From NCBI GenBank assembly GCA_029547025.1, contig JAKPQA010000226.1, positions 26,586-90,585 on the forward strand: 64,000 nucleotides of DNA. The letters run 5' to 3'. Under the pieces are notes generated by a model, which saw nothing but the letters and a program-made list of their open reading frames with translations, was not told the origin of the DNA and did not search any database. This document shows positions 27,295 through 37,532 of the stretch, in pieces. The translations under genes were made by a program, and so were the position numbers. How positions within the stretch are numbered: position 1 is the first letter of the stretch; every line of letters begins with the position of its first letter. Source of the stretch: Armatimonadota bacterium (GTDB taxonomy: Bacteria > Armatimonadota > Zipacnadia > UBA1398 > JAKPQA01).

Positions 27295-27479
27295 GGGACT
27301 TCACCCTTCCGCTTCCGTGCCCCGTGCTCCCTCAGCTAGCGGGATTCGGAGCGCGAGGCGGCGGGCCCTGCCGATCCACCAGCCGCCGGCATGGGCGGTA
27401 CGCGAAGCGGCCCGGGCGCCCGGTCATGTCACGGCCAGGTCCCGGGCCGCACGACGGCGGAGCCCAGCGAGCCGATCGC

Positions 27480-27737
27480 TCAGTAGAAGGCGCGATCCCG
27501 ACGCTCGATGCCCCGGGTGATGGGGCTCTTGGGCTTGACAGTCAGGTGGCCCGCCATTTCACGAACCACCCGAGCCTGTGCCAGCCCGGCGTAGCTCACG
27601 TCGAGGTAGCGTGCCACGGCGCTGAGCACGGCGGAGTCCGAAGCACACCGGGTCAAGCGGAGGTCACCGACGGGCACATCGTGCTCCAGCCCATACAAGC
27701 GAATGCGTACCAACGGATCCCCTGCACGAACGTTCAT
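27480..27737 (-). CDS. Small hypothetical protein (85 aa)
   Basis: GGAGG RBS 8 nt before ATG; high-GC third codon positions; globular-looking sequence. Confidence 0.7.
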   Translation of the reverse strand: MNVRAGDPLVRIRLYGLEHDVPVGDLRLTRCASDSAVLSAVARYLDVSYAGLAQARVVREMAGHLTVKPKSPITRGIERRDRAFY

Positions 27738-28060
27738 CTCGGTTCCCTCCTAGAACTGCCCGGGTCTAGGCGGCGCCCGGGGGCTACCGCCTCACTCCCC
27801 CCCACCACATCCCCACCTCGGATGGACAGTTGGACGCTTCGGCGCGGGGCGTGGTTCGAGCCAGAGCCAACTTATCTTTGCCTGCACCACGGCCGGAACA
27901 CGGGGCCGGGTCGCGTGTCCAAAAGCGCCCGAACGGCGCTCGGCGACGGTGCGCGTCGTGCGCCCCCGTACCTGTGGCACTCCTCTTCTGTCGTGTCCCG
28001 GCGGCTCGGACTAAAGGGGTCATCGGCCCGGAGAGCGAACGGGAGGCGGCGGCCAGGCGC

Positions 28061-28094
28061 AAAAAAACGCGAGGAGCTTTTGAGGGCTCCTCGC
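28061..28094 (-). terminator. Intrinsic (Rho-independent) terminator on the minus strand
   Basis: Minus strand GCGAGGAGC-cctcaaaa-GCTCCTCGC-g-TTTTTTT: perfect 9-bp stem followed by 7 T. Confidence 0.8.
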
Positions 28095-28170
28095 AGCCTA
28101 GAGGAGTAAGCCAGTGAAGCGGGGAGTCAGGCCGCTTCATCTAGTACAACGTTTGGGCGCGCCAAATGTT
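28061..28170 (-). ncRNA. Candidate small RNA or attenuator leader (three hairpins ending in the terminator)
   Basis: Stems 28148-28156/28162-28170 (8 of 9 bp), 28115-28122/28132-28139 (8 bp), 28069-28077/28086-28094 (9 bp); no minus-strand CDS upstream to terminate. Confidence 0.4.
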
Positions 28171-28208
28171 TCAAGTCTGGCGCAGTTCTTTCGTGGGCGG
28201 TGCCCTAG

Positions 28209-30737
28209 ATGTCGCCCAATCGCCGTCCGTCTGGCGTGATCCCGTCCATGGCGCGAGCAGCCCACTCTGCGGTCGTACCCCTGGCGGTGTGCCTGGCCCT
28301 GGGCCCATGGCTTCGCCCGGCCTCCGGTGCTGAGCATCTGGGGACCGCGTCGGTACTCGCCTACACGTCCGAAATCGACGGGACCCGGCAGGAGTACGGC
28401 GCCTTCGTTCCGGCGGTAGGCCCGCCCCGGCCCGAGGGATATCCGGCGTGCCTTCACTACCACGGCTATGGGTGGAATGTGTCGGCCGGCTTTTCGGACT
28501 TCCAAGAGCGGTGGGCGTACGACCACGGATGGATCCTGGCCAACGTGAATGGCCGCGGGCCGACCTTCTACGATGGCATTGGCGAGAACGATGTCTTCCG
28601 TGTGCTGCAGGACCTCGATGGTCGCTTCGGCATCGACAAGCGCCGGGTCTACGCCACCGGCGGCAGCATGGGTGGGACGGGTGCGTACCGCCAGGGGGTG
28701 CGCTGGCCGGACAGCTTCGCGGCCGTGGTGGGTGTCGACGGGTGGTCTGACTTCCGGCTGTTCCACTGGCACTGGTACGGCCCGACGTATGCCCCCTCGG
28801 GCATCGAAGAGTTCCGGCGCCCGCTGCTCGAGGCGATCAGCTCGAGCTACATCGCCCCCCGCGCGCGGACGGGGAACATCGGCCTCGTGACCGATCTGCT
28901 CGATACGGTGGTCTGGCCCGGCGAGGGGCAGCTTCTGGATGAGTCGCTGGACATCTTCGAGCGCGAGTCGCCCCATGAGTATCTCCACTCGGCGACGGAG
29001 AACCCCACTATCGGCCACGGAGGCGGGTTCCGGATCGAGGAGATCTACCGCTATTTCCTCGACAAGACGTCGCTCGAGCGCCCGGCGGGGATTCGAGTCG
29101 TGACGACCCAGCTGAAGTACGGCGGGCTGCACTGGGCCGCCATCGAGGAGTTCATCCAGCCAGGCGTCCGCGCCGACTTGGTGGTCGATGCCTCTGGCGG
29201 CACCGTGTTCGTGCAGGCGACGAACGTGGCCGGATTCGCCGTCAACCTGCCCAACAGCCCGGTCGCGCAGCACGATTCGGTCCGCATCGTTGTCAACGGC
29301 GAGCTCGCGTACACCGGCCGACCCGAGGTTGTGACGCTCGCTCTGGCCGATCCGCGCGACGCGGCCTCGGGCTGGCGCCGGGCGTCAGACGCTCCGGCGT
29401 TGCGGAAGACCGCGGCACTCGAAGGACCGATCGGGCACGCGTTCACGAGGCCCTTCGTGCTGGCTTACGGGACTGCGGGCACTCCCGAAGAGACCCGGCA
29501 GAACCGCGAGGAGGCGGAGCAGTTCGCCGAGAGCTGGACACGGTACTACGTCCGCTACCCGGCCGTTCGTGCCGTTCGGGACGTCGACGTGCTCGCTGAC
29601 CAGGTCCGGGGAGCCAGCCTGATTCTGTTCGGCACCGAGGAGAGCAACCGGCTGCTCCGCGAAGCCGCAGCGCGCTATGTGCTGCCCGTGCGGGTGTCAA
29701 GGGAGGGCATCGATGTTCGTGATGCCCGGTACGGCGATCGATGTTACCGCGGCGCCGGGTTCGGGACCTTCTTCGTATATCCCAATCCGTTGTCTGCCTT
29801 CCGCACGTACATGGTGGTGGCGCACGGGCGGTACCCGACACTGCCCGACGGCCAGCGGCCCCAGGGTCTCGGGTATGACCTTGAGAAGCTCCCCTGGACG
29901 TGGCCCGACTACGTGGTCTTCAACGGCGATCCGGCTAGGCTGCCCTATGTGGGCAACGTCAATGACAAGGCCGAGGTACTGTGCTATGAGACCGCCTACT
30001 TCGTCGAGGCCGGCTACTTCGACCAGCGCTGGCAACTCATGCGCGACCTGGAGCTCGGCTGGGTGAACCAGGACCCCGACGCGGGCGCCGCGCGGCGGCT
30101 TCACGTGGGCGAGCTTGCCGTTGATGCCCGCCGCGAGGGTATCGGGTGGGTCGGGGAGGCGGCCCTGCGGGCCGTGGACGAGTCCGGGGCGCCCATGGAA
30201 GCCGTGCGCGTTGCCGTCGAGTGGTCGGGCAGCGCCCGCGTCTCCGATGCCGGTGTGACGGGTGCGGACGGCTGGGTGCGCTTCCAGTGCGGACCCGTGA
30301 CCATACCTCGTGGCACGTTTACCTGCCGCGTTCTGAGCATGATGGGCACCGACGCCACCTATGACTGGTCCAGGAACGCGCGACACCAGGCGTCGCGCGG
30401 GTTTGGACACGCGCGCGATGTCCGCGTGTGGTTCCACTCGCCACTCGACGCCGTGAGGCTGGGGTCCGTCCAGCGGGTCGACATCGGCGTCGCGAACCAC
30501 GGTGACGCGGCCGCGGAGTGCACGGTGAGGCTCATCGCGGGACAGGGCGAAGTCGATCCCCACGCACAGACCGTTCGGCTGGCCGCGGGAGAGAGCCGAG
30601 CCGTCACGTTCTGGTGGAGCACGGGTGGCCTCGAACCGGGGCAGGTCCGGTTACGGGCCCAGGCCGAACTCCACGGGGGAACTGACTCAGTTCCCGATGA
30701 CAACGAGCAGGAGCGGGCGGTGCGGCTCTCCCTGTGA
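28209..30737 (+). CDS. Secreted alpha/beta-hydrolase (S9/esterase-like) with C-terminal Ig-like and CARDB domains
   Basis: Signal peptide; CLHYHG, NVNGRG, YATGGSMGGTG nucleophile elbow, DLLDTVV, IGHGG; C-terminal CARDB (VANHG..DSVPDDNEQ). Confidence 0.8.
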   Translation: MSPNRRPSGVIPSMARAAHSAVVPLAVCLALGPWLRPASGAEHLGTASVLAYTSEIDGTRQEYGAFVPAVGPPRPEGYPACLHYHGYGWNVSAGFSDFQERWAYDHGWILANVNGRGPTFYDGIGENDVFRVLQDLDGRFGIDKRRVYATGGSMGGTGAYRQGVRWPDSFAAVVGVDGWSDFRLFHWHWYGPTYAPSGIEEFRRPLLEAISSSYIAPRARTGNIGLVTDLLDTVVWPGEGQLLDESLDIFERESPHEYLHSATENPTIGHGGGFRIEEIYRYFLDKTSLERPAGIRVVTTQLKYGGLHWAAIEEFIQPGVRADLVVDASGGTVFVQATNVAGFAVNLPNSPVAQHDSVRIVVNGELAYTGRPEVVTLALADPRDAASGWRRASDAPALRKTAALEGPIGHAFTRPFVLAYGTAGTPEETRQNREEAEQFAESWTRYYVRYPAVRAVRDVDVLADQVRGASLILFGTEESNRLLREAAARYVLPVRVSREGIDVRDARYGDRCYRGAGFGTFFVYPNPLSAFRTYMVVAHGRYPTLPDGQRPQGLGYDLEKLPWTWPDYVVFNGDPARLPYVGNVNDKAEVLCYETAYFVEAGYFDQRWQLMRDLELGWVNQDPDAGAARRLHVGELAVDARREGIGWVGEAALRAVDESGAPMEAVRVAVEWSGSARVSDAGVTGADGWVRFQCGPVTIPRGTFTCRVLSMMGTDATYDWSRNARHQASRGFGHARDVRVWFHSPLDAVRLGSVQRVDIGVANHGDAAAECTVRLIAGQGEVDPHAQTVRLAAGESRAVTFWWSTGGLEPGQVRLRAQAELHGGTDSVPDDNEQERAVRLSL

Positions 30738-30767
30738 CGGGCGTGCCGTCAGGCAGGAGGTCTGGTC

Positions 30768-32090
30768 GTGAGGCGACTCGCCCTGGTGGCAGCCTTGGTG
30801 GGTCTCGGTCTGGCAGTCTCAGACGTTGCCGCGCAGGTCAGTGTGGGCGTGTCCGAGGAGCCGGCGGAGACCGAGGTCGTTGTGTACGCCGGCCGTAACG
30901 CGACACTGGTGCGACAGCAGCGCGAGCTTCCGCTGGTCGCGGGCGACAACACGGTCGAGTTCCGGTGGCGGGATGTCACCATCGACCCGGCCTCGATTGC
31001 CCTCGATCCCGGCCCGGATGCCGAAGTGGTGTCCAGCGTGTTCCCGGCGGGCCTGGATCGGGTGCTGCGGTTCACGGTGCGGTCAAGCCGGGCCGGCGTC
31101 ATGCCCGCCCGGCTGTCGTATCTGGCCACGGGGTTTGACGCGCGGGTCGTCTATCGGGCTCAACTTGCGGCGGATGGTGCGTCGATCGACCTCGTCGGGC
31201 TGATCGAGCTTCGGAACAGCACGCCCGATGATATCGAGCGGGCACGCCTGCGGGTCGTCATTGGCGATGTGCGCTTCGTTGAGGACGTCGGAGTAGCGGC
31301 GAGCCGCAAGCTCATCCCCGATCCGCCACCACCGGCGCCGCCACCGGCCGAGCCCGTGACGCCGGCGGTGCCCCCGAAACCACCCAACCCGTGGGAGCTC
31401 CCGGCCCTGGGCGGCATCCCACCGATCCCGGTGGCCGCCCCCCAGGCACTGAACACGCCCGCGGGCGGGCAGTACTGGATCTACACGGTGCGAGACGTGC
31501 AGCGCCTGGTCACCGGCGAGGCCCGCGAGTTCGAGTTCCTGCGCGCCACGGCGGTGCCTGTCAGGGTGGTGTACCGCATCAACCAGTGGGCCTACAACGG
31601 GCAGCCCCGGCGCGTGTTGGTTGTGAGGAACGATCCGGCTCTGGGGCTCGGACTGGCCCCCCTGCCCGGGGGCCATGTGTGGCTCCTGGCACCCGGCGAT
31701 GCGACGGCCGGCCCGCTGCTCGAGGGCGATCTGGCCCAGATCGCGCCCGGCCAGGAGGCGGAGCTCGACACCGGGCCGAGCCGCCTGGTCACTGCCAGAC
31801 GCACCCTGATGAACTACTCGCTGGCGAGCCTGCAGTACGACCCGACGGGCGCCATCTCCGGCTATGACCGCCAGGAGGAGTACCGCCTGGAGCTCCGCAG
31901 CGTGTCGGGTAGTCCCGTGGCGGTCGAGGTGTTCGAGGACATTCCGGGTGTCTGGACACTGAGGACCGCGGAGGCCTTCAGCAAGGTCAACGACAGTACC
32001 GTGGTGTTCCCAGTGACGCTGGCTCCCGGCGAACTACGGACGCTGAGCTTCACCATTGTTCGGCGCGAGGGAACGAGGGTGCGCGGATGA
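30768..32090 (+). CDS. DUF4139-family secreted protein
   Basis: Signal peptide; VVVY..ATLVRQQREL..GDN..IDPASI; LSYLATG; EEYRLELR..VEVFEDIP..W..VTLAPGE..LSFT. Confidence 0.75.
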   Translation: MRRLALVAALVGLGLAVSDVAAQVSVGVSEEPAETEVVVYAGRNATLVRQQRELPLVAGDNTVEFRWRDVTIDPASIALDPGPDAEVVSSVFPAGLDRVLRFTVRSSRAGVMPARLSYLATGFDARVVYRAQLAADGASIDLVGLIELRNSTPDDIERARLRVVIGDVRFVEDVGVAASRKLIPDPPPPAPPPAEPVTPAVPPKPPNPWELPALGGIPPIPVAAPQALNTPAGGQYWIYTVRDVQRLVTGEAREFEFLRATAVPVRVVYRINQWAYNGQPRRVLVVRNDPALGLGLAPLPGGHVWLLAPGDATAGPLLEGDLAQIAPGQEAELDTGPSRLVTARRTLMNYSLASLQYDPTGAISGYDRQEEYRLELRSVSGSPVAVEVFEDIPGVWTLRTAEAFSKVNDSTVVFPVTLAPGELRTLSFTIVRREGTRVRG

Positions 32091-33223
32091 ACGGAGCCGC
32101 AAGAGACGTGAGATGGGTCGCGCGTGTGGTCGCTGCCGCGGTCGTGGCTCTCGCGGCGGGGACCGTATACGCCTCGGTATCGCTGACGAGCCAGGCGCAG
32201 CGGGGCCCGATCCGGCTGCTTCTGACGGCGCCGCCTCGGGCTCTGGTGATCGAGCAGCGAACGGTCCAGCTGGCGCCCGGCCCGAATCGCCTGACGGTAC
32301 AGTGGGACCGGGCTCGCGTGGACCGGGCTTCGGTCTTCCTGCGCGCGCCCGAGGCGGGTGATGGCATCGACCTCAGTGGCGCCATCTTCCCGCGGGGCAT
32401 GGACAACGCCGTGTGCTGGGACGTGGTCGCGACGCGCGCGCAGCCGGTGACGCTCGAGGCCCTCTACCGGCTCGATGGGCTGACCTGGGCGCCCGAGTAC
32501 CGCATCGAGATGACCGCCGGGGCGGAGCAGGGCGCGTTCCGTGCCACGGCACTGCTGGCCAACAACACGGGTGATGATCTGCCCTCGGCCCCATACTTCG
32601 TGGGCGATCAGTGCATCGGCGAGCAGCCGCTGGCCAACGGCGAGACAGTGAGGCTCGGGTTCTTCGAGCGGCCGGCTCTGGCCCTGGCTCCTCAGACGGT
32701 GTTCGATGCGAGCCGGTATGGCAATGCCGTGGTGCTACGAGCGCGGCTGACTAACACCGCGGAGAGCGGGCTCGGGTGCGCGGCGCTCCATCGGGGCAGA
32801 GTGCGGACCTATCTGCGGACCGAGGAAGGTGCCCTAGCCCTGTCGGGCGAGGACGAACTGCCGGACCTGCCCATCGGGTGCACAGCCGATGTGTTTCTGT
32901 GCTACCAGGATGATCTCCGAGCCACGCGTTCCGAGTTGCCCTCGACTGACGTGAACGTTCGGCGCGACAGCCGGGGGCGAACGGTGGTCTATGACTCAGA
33001 CCAGAACCGCCGGATCGAGCTCGAGAACCCGCGGCCACACCCGGTGGCGATCCGGGTGATCGAGCATGCCGATGGGCAGTGGCAGATCGGACGGTCGACT
33101 CACGCCTACACCCGGACCGATGCGACGACGCTGGAGTTCACCGTCGACGTGCCGGCGGCCGGCGAGACCAATGGCAAGGCCGTCCTGGAGTACCGCCTCA
33201 GGCGACAGAACCTGGCGCCATAG
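32087..33223 (+). CDS. DUF4139-family secreted protein (second paralogue)
   Basis: Signal peptide; VIEQRTVQLAPGPN..VDRASV; YRLDGLTWAPEYR; IELEN..IRVIEH..W..LEFTVDVPA; ATGA overlap with the upstream gene. Confidence 0.75.
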   Translation: MNGAARDVRWVARVVAAAVVALAAGTVYASVSLTSQAQRGPIRLLLTAPPRALVIEQRTVQLAPGPNRLTVQWDRARVDRASVFLRAPEAGDGIDLSGAIFPRGMDNAVCWDVVATRAQPVTLEALYRLDGLTWAPEYRIEMTAGAEQGAFRATALLANNTGDDLPSAPYFVGDQCIGEQPLANGETVRLGFFERPALALAPQTVFDASRYGNAVVLRARLTNTAESGLGCAALHRGRVRTYLRTEEGALALSGEDELPDLPIGCTADVFLCYQDDLRATRSELPSTDVNVRRDSRGRTVVYDSDQNRRIELENPRPHPVAIRVIEHADGQWQIGRSTHAYTRTDATTLEFTVDVPAAGETNGKAVLEYRLRRQNLAP

Positions 33224-33416
33224 GGCACAGGCTCCCCCTGGGCGGTCATTGGGGGCTCCAGTGGCCCGAGGTTGGGGCGTGCGGATCGGGCGCGTTGGGG
33301 GCCCACCACGCTGGGGGACGCGTGGTTCCCCCCATGGCGCCCCTCCGCAACCAGGCTGATGGGCCACGGGAGCCCTCAGTTACCGCCAATGCCCCTGTGC
33401 GGCCTCTCCACCGGAC

Positions 33417-33452
33417 GGGCGGTGCGGTGTACGGGGCTTCCGCGCACCGCCC
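33417..33452. terminator. GC-rich hairpin between convergent operons (possible terminator)
   Basis: GGGCGGTGCG (33417-33426) / CGCACCGCCC (33443-33452), a perfect 10-bp stem, 32 nt past the GH95 stop; no U-tract. Confidence 0.4.
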
Positions 33453-33484
33453 AGGCCTCAGTCGCCACCAACCAACAGGCTCCC

Positions 33485-36100
33485 CTACTCGAGGGTCGGG
33501 TACACCCGGTAGAGTGCTCCGCGCTCCGTGTCGAAGGCCCGGAGGCCCGGCCCGAGGCGCTCGCAGTCGACCAAGCCCGACGGCCCCAGCACCCGCGCGT
33601 CGTCGGCGGAGCGGAGCACACAGCGGCGGCCCAAGTCGCTGCGAAGGTTCGCGCGCGTGAGCTGTCCGCGGCTCCAGGCGATGTCGACCTCGAATCCATC
33701 GCGGGCGCGGAGACCGCGCACCGAGCCTTCGGGCCAGGCACTGGGGAGCGCGGGCAGGAGGTGAAGCTCGCCCGCATGGCTCTGCAGGAGCATCTCGGCC
33801 ATGCCGGCGGCGACACCGAAGTTGCCATCGATCTGAAACGGTGGATGGGCGCACAGCAGGCTGGTGTAGACACCGCCGCCGTCCGAGTAGTTGAACCCCT
33901 GATCGCCCGTGAGCCGCAGGAAGTTCCTCAGCAGGCGATAGGCGTGATCGCCATCGTACAAGCGGGCCCAGAAGCATACTTTCCATGCCATGGACCAGCC
34001 CGTGCCCGAGTCGCCACGGCGCTCGAGACTGCGACGAGCCGCCTCGAACAGCTCGGGGGTGCCCTCGCGCGTGAACTGCCAGCCAGGATGTAGCCCGTAG
34101 AGGTGCGAGCAGTGCCGGTGGGTGGGCTCGGGCTCATCGTAGTCCTCCGCCCACTCGCGGAGGCGGCCGTCACGTGTGATGCCCGGCCACAGCAGGCGCC
34201 CGCGGGCCGTGAGCGAGCGTTCGCGCAGGTCGGCGTCGCGTCCGAGGATCTGGGAGGCATCGGCGAACTCACCCAGGAGTTCCCACACGATCTCCTGGTC
34301 CATGCTGGGGCCCATACTGAGGCATCCGACGGTCCCATCGGCGGTGCGGAAGCTGTTCTCGGGCGACGTCGCCGGGCCGGAGACGAGCCGGCCGGTCTTG
34401 GGATCCTCTGAGAGCCACGACAGGAAGAAGCGCGCCGCCTCGCGCAGCAGTGGGTAGACGCGGCGGAGGTAGCTTGTATCGCCCGTGAAGCGGTAGTGCT
34501 CCCACAGGTGCTGGCACATCCATGCACCGGCGGTGGGGTTCGCGCCCCAGACCAGCCCCTCGCCGGGACTGGTGTAGCCCCAGACGTTCGTGATGGTGTG
34601 AGCAACCCAGCCGGGCATGCCGTACTGGATCCGCGCGGTCCTCTGCCCCGGCTCGAGCAGTGAGAGCATGAGGTCCGTCAGAGGCTCTGTGCACTCGGAC
34701 AGGTTGGTGGTCTCGGCCGGCCAGTAGTTCATCTGCAGGTTGATGTTGATGTGGTAGTCACAGTTCCAGGGCGTCTGGATCCCCGTGGCCCAGATGCCTT
34801 GCAGATTGGCGGGCAGGTCGCCGGGGCGTGAGCTCGATATGAGCAGGTAGCGACCATACTGGAACAGCAAGGCGGCCAGCTCTGGGTCATCGCCGGTCGC
34901 GCTGAATGCGGCCAGCCGGTCGTTCGTGGGTAGATCCGAGGACGCCGACCGCGCCAGATTCAGCTCGACTCGCCCAAAGTATTGCTGGTGATCCGCCGTG
35001 GCATCCCCGCAGAGCCGGGCATACGGTGTGGCGGCGGCCCTCTGGAGTGTCTCACGGGTGGCAGTCTCGGGCGAGCTGCCCCGGTACCGCGGCGGGTCGA
35101 GCCGATAGTCGGTCGCCGCAGCCAGAATGAGCGTCACAGCGTTCGCATCCACAATGCGAAGCCGGTCGTCTTCGGCCTGAACCGTTCCGCCCTCGAGCAC
35201 GACCCGCAGGCGAGCCACATAGCGAATGCCCGATGTGCCCTCGGCCCCGTCGTAGAGCTGACCGGACATCACCAGGCCGTTTTCGCCCTCGGGGGCTGTC
35301 GAGTAACGTTCCGGGCGATCCAGCCGCACGGCGAGCGAGAGAGCCCCGGGCCGGTCACACGTGAGGCGCACGACCAGTGCTTGGGCAGGCGCGCTGGCGA
35401 AGACCTCTCGGGCGAACCCGATGCCGCCAGAGCGGTAGGAGACGCGGGCCACCGCCCGACGCAGGTCTAGTTCCCTGCGATAGCCCTCGATACGTCGGTC
35501 GGGGGTGTCGATATCGAGCCACAGGTCGCCCAGGGTCTGGTAGCAGCCAAACGGTACGGTGGCGCCGCTTCCGAAACCGGTGCCCGGCCCCTTGCACACC
35601 AGGGATCGACCGGCCCGCTCTTCGGCGGCACGCTGGTCGCCGGCCTGCAGCAGTCGTCGGATCTCGGGCAGCGCCCTCTCGGCCTCGGGATTGTCGGCGT
35701 CCTGAGGGCTACCAGCCCACATCGAGTCCTCGTTGAGCTGGATGCGCTCGTGGCCGATGCCGCCAAACACCATGGCGCCGAGGCGTCCGTTGCCCACGGG
35801 CAGGGCGTCAACCCACGCGTCGTCGCCCGGCGCGTCCGGGCCGGCTCCCGTCTGCCTGGCGGCGTGGGCGGGACGTCGGTACCACAGAGTCAGCCGCTCA
35901 ACCGGCCGCGGCGACTCACCCACGAATTCCCACGGGATCCCGGGACCAACGCCTGCGGCGGTCTCGTCTGTCATCCAATCGCCTACTCTCGTGCGGGCGT
36001 CGGCGCCCCATGCCGAGTGGCCCAATGGGCCCGAGAGCCACGCCACTACGGGCGCCAACAACAGGATCATGACACGGGGGGAATCAGCGGTGCGCCGCAT
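33485..36100 (-). CDS. GH95 alpha-L-fucosidase/alpha-L-galactosidase
   Basis: [84 protein letters not shown]; GGAGG before ATG 36100; signal peptide. Confidence 0.95.
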   Translation of the reverse strand: MRRTADSPRVMILLLAPVVAWLSGPLGHSAWGADARTRVGDWMTDETAAGVGPGIPWEFVGESPRPVERLTLWYRRPAHAARQTGAGPDAPGDDAWVDALPVGNGRLGAMVFGGIGHERIQLNEDSMWAGSPQDADNPEAERALPEIRRLLQAGDQRAAEERAGRSLVCKGPGTGFGSGATVPFGCYQTLGDLWLDIDTPDRRIEGYRRELDLRRAVARVSYRSGGIGFAREVFASAPAQALVVRLTCDRPGALSLAVRLDRPERYSTAPEGENGLVMSGQLYDGAEGTSGIRYVARLRVVLEGGTVQAEDDRLRIVDANAVTLILAAATDYRLDPPRYRGSSPETATRETLQRAAATPYARLCGDATADHQQYFGRVELNLARSASSDLPTNDRLAAFSATGDDPELAALLFQYGRYLLISSSRPGDLPANLQGIWATGIQTPWNCDYHININLQMNYWPAETTNLSECTEPLTDLMLSLLEPGQRTARIQYGMPGWVAHTITNVWGYTSPGEGLVWGANPTAGAWMCQHLWEHYRFTGDTSYLRRVYPLLREAARFFLSWLSEDPKTGRLVSGPATSPENSFRTADGTVGCLSMGPSMDQEIVWELLGEFADASQILGRDADLRERSLTARGRLLWPGITRDGRLREWAEDYDEPEPTHRHCSHLYGLHPGWQFTREGTPELFEAARRSLERRGDSGTGWSMAWKVCFWARLYDGDHAYRLLRNFLRLTGDQGFNYSDGGGVYTSLLCAHPPFQIDGNFGVAAGMAEMLLQSHAGELHLLPALPSAWPEGSVRGLRARDGFEVDIAWSRGQLTRANLRSDLGRRCVLRSADDARVLGPSGLVDCERLGPGLRAFDTERGALYRVYPTLE

Positions 36101-37526
36101 CGTTGCGCCCTCCCTCGTCCGGCTGACACCCGTCGCCCACGGCCGTCGCCTCGAAGACCGCCTGGCGCAGACCCGCCGGCGCACCAGCGAGGAAGCGCTC
36201 CATGAGCGGTCGCAGGTCACCGGGCTCTCGCGCCTCGAAGCGCAGTGTGATGACCGGCTCCGTGACCGAGACGCGGGCCAATCCCCAGCCCTCGGCGAAG
36301 TCAGCTCGAACGCCATCCACGTCGCTGAGCCGCACGCCGGTCTGGGCCCTGAGGGCCTCTCGGATCGCGCGGATGACGGCACCTCGATCGCCCTCGCAGC
36401 CGATTCGCAAGTCGGGCGTCGTCGCATAGCGCGGCACGGCCGCCGAGAGCGCTGAGAGCGGCTTCCCCGATCGAAGCACCAGGGCGGCGACGCGGAGCGT
36501 CGAGTACAGCGCATCGTCACCCCCGTGGAGCTCGTGGTAGAACAGGTGCCCACTGGCCTCGCCGCCGAATGCGGCATGGCGCTCGATCATCGCTGTCTTG
36601 ATGTAGGTGTGCCCCGACTTCTGGACGACGGGTACGCCACCGGCCCGCTGCACGGCTTCACGCACGATGGCCGAGCACTTCACATCGTAGACCACCGCGC
36701 CGCCCGGATGGCGGTCGAGTGCATCACCCGCCAGGAGGGCCACCAGCACGTCATTGGGCACGGGGCTGCCTTGATCATCAATAACCGCGATCCGATCGCC
36801 ATCGCCGTCATAGGCCACACCGAACGCGGAGCCGGTCTCACGAACCGCGCCGATGCAGGGCTCGAGCGCTTCACGCAACGCCACATTCGAGGGTCGGTGC
36901 GGGAATGTGCCGTCGGGCTCGGTGAAGCGCTCGACGACATCGAAGCCCAGGGCGCGCAGTACCGGTGGAGCCGTGGGACCAAAGCATCCGCTCCCACAGT
37001 CGACCACGACGCGCAATCCCGCCGCCGACTCGGAGAGCAGCCCACGAGCCATCTGTCGGATCGACTCCTCGTAGGAGGGCAGCGCGTCGTGCATGCGAAG
37101 CCCACCACTGACCATCCCAGGGGCCGGGCGATGACCCATGCGATGGCGCAAGTCATCGATCTGTCCTGGCGTGATGGGCAGGTGGCCCAGTATGGGCTTG
37201 AAGCCCGCATACTCGGGAGGGTTGTGCGACGCCGTCACCATGATGCCGGCGTCGATGCCGAGGTCGTGCCGCGCGTGGTAGTAGACTGGGGTGGGTATCT
37301 GCCCACACGACACCACGTCGGCCCCGGCTTGCCGGAGCCCGTCGCACAGTGCGGCCATCAGGACCGGCGTATGGGTGCGGTAGTCGCCGGCAACGACAAC
37401 GGGCCCACGCCCGGCCACGGACCCGACAGCCAGACCCAAGTCCCTGGCGAAGAGCTCGGTGATCTCGTGACCGTAGACACCCCGGATATCGCAGTCAAGG
37501 AAGGGATCCAAGGAGACGGCCCCCAC
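36084..37526 (-). CDS. Phosphomannomutase/phosphoglucomutase
   Basis: DIRG, VTASHNP (phospho-Ser), DGDGDR (metal), GEASGH (sugar). Confidence 0.93.
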   Translation of the reverse strand: MGAVSLDPFLDCDIRGVYGHEITELFARDLGLAVGSVAGRGPVVVAGDYRTHTPVLMAALCDGLRQAGADVVSCGQIPTPVYYHARHDLGIDAGIMVTASHNPPEYAGFKPILGHLPITPGQIDDLRHRMGHRPAPGMVSGGLRMHDALPSYEESIRQMARGLLSESAAGLRVVVDCGSGCFGPTAPPVLRALGFDVVERFTEPDGTFPHRPSNVALREALEPCIGAVRETGSAFGVAYDGDGDRIAVIDDQGSPVPNDVLVALLAGDALDRHPGGAVVYDVKCSAIVREAVQRAGGVPVVQKSGHTYIKTAMIERHAAFGGEASGHLFYHELHGGDDALYSTLRVAALVLRSGKPLSALSAAVPRYATTPDLRIGCEGDRGAVIRAIREALRAQTGVRLSDVDGVRADFAEGWGLARVSVTEPVITLRFEAREPGDLRPLMERFLAGAPAGLRQAVFEATAVGDGCQPDEGGRNDAAHR

Positions 37527-37532
37527 GAGAGG

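Noticed and set aside
36100-36577. Long N-terminal extensions in the ORF track (GH95 to 36577; also dehydratase to 15560, queE to 16179, FGGY to 39068, 47646 gene to 48782, SSS to 50260)
   Set aside because: They overlap upstream genes; downstream starts with RBS, signal peptide or stop-start coupling fit better, so they are not fusions
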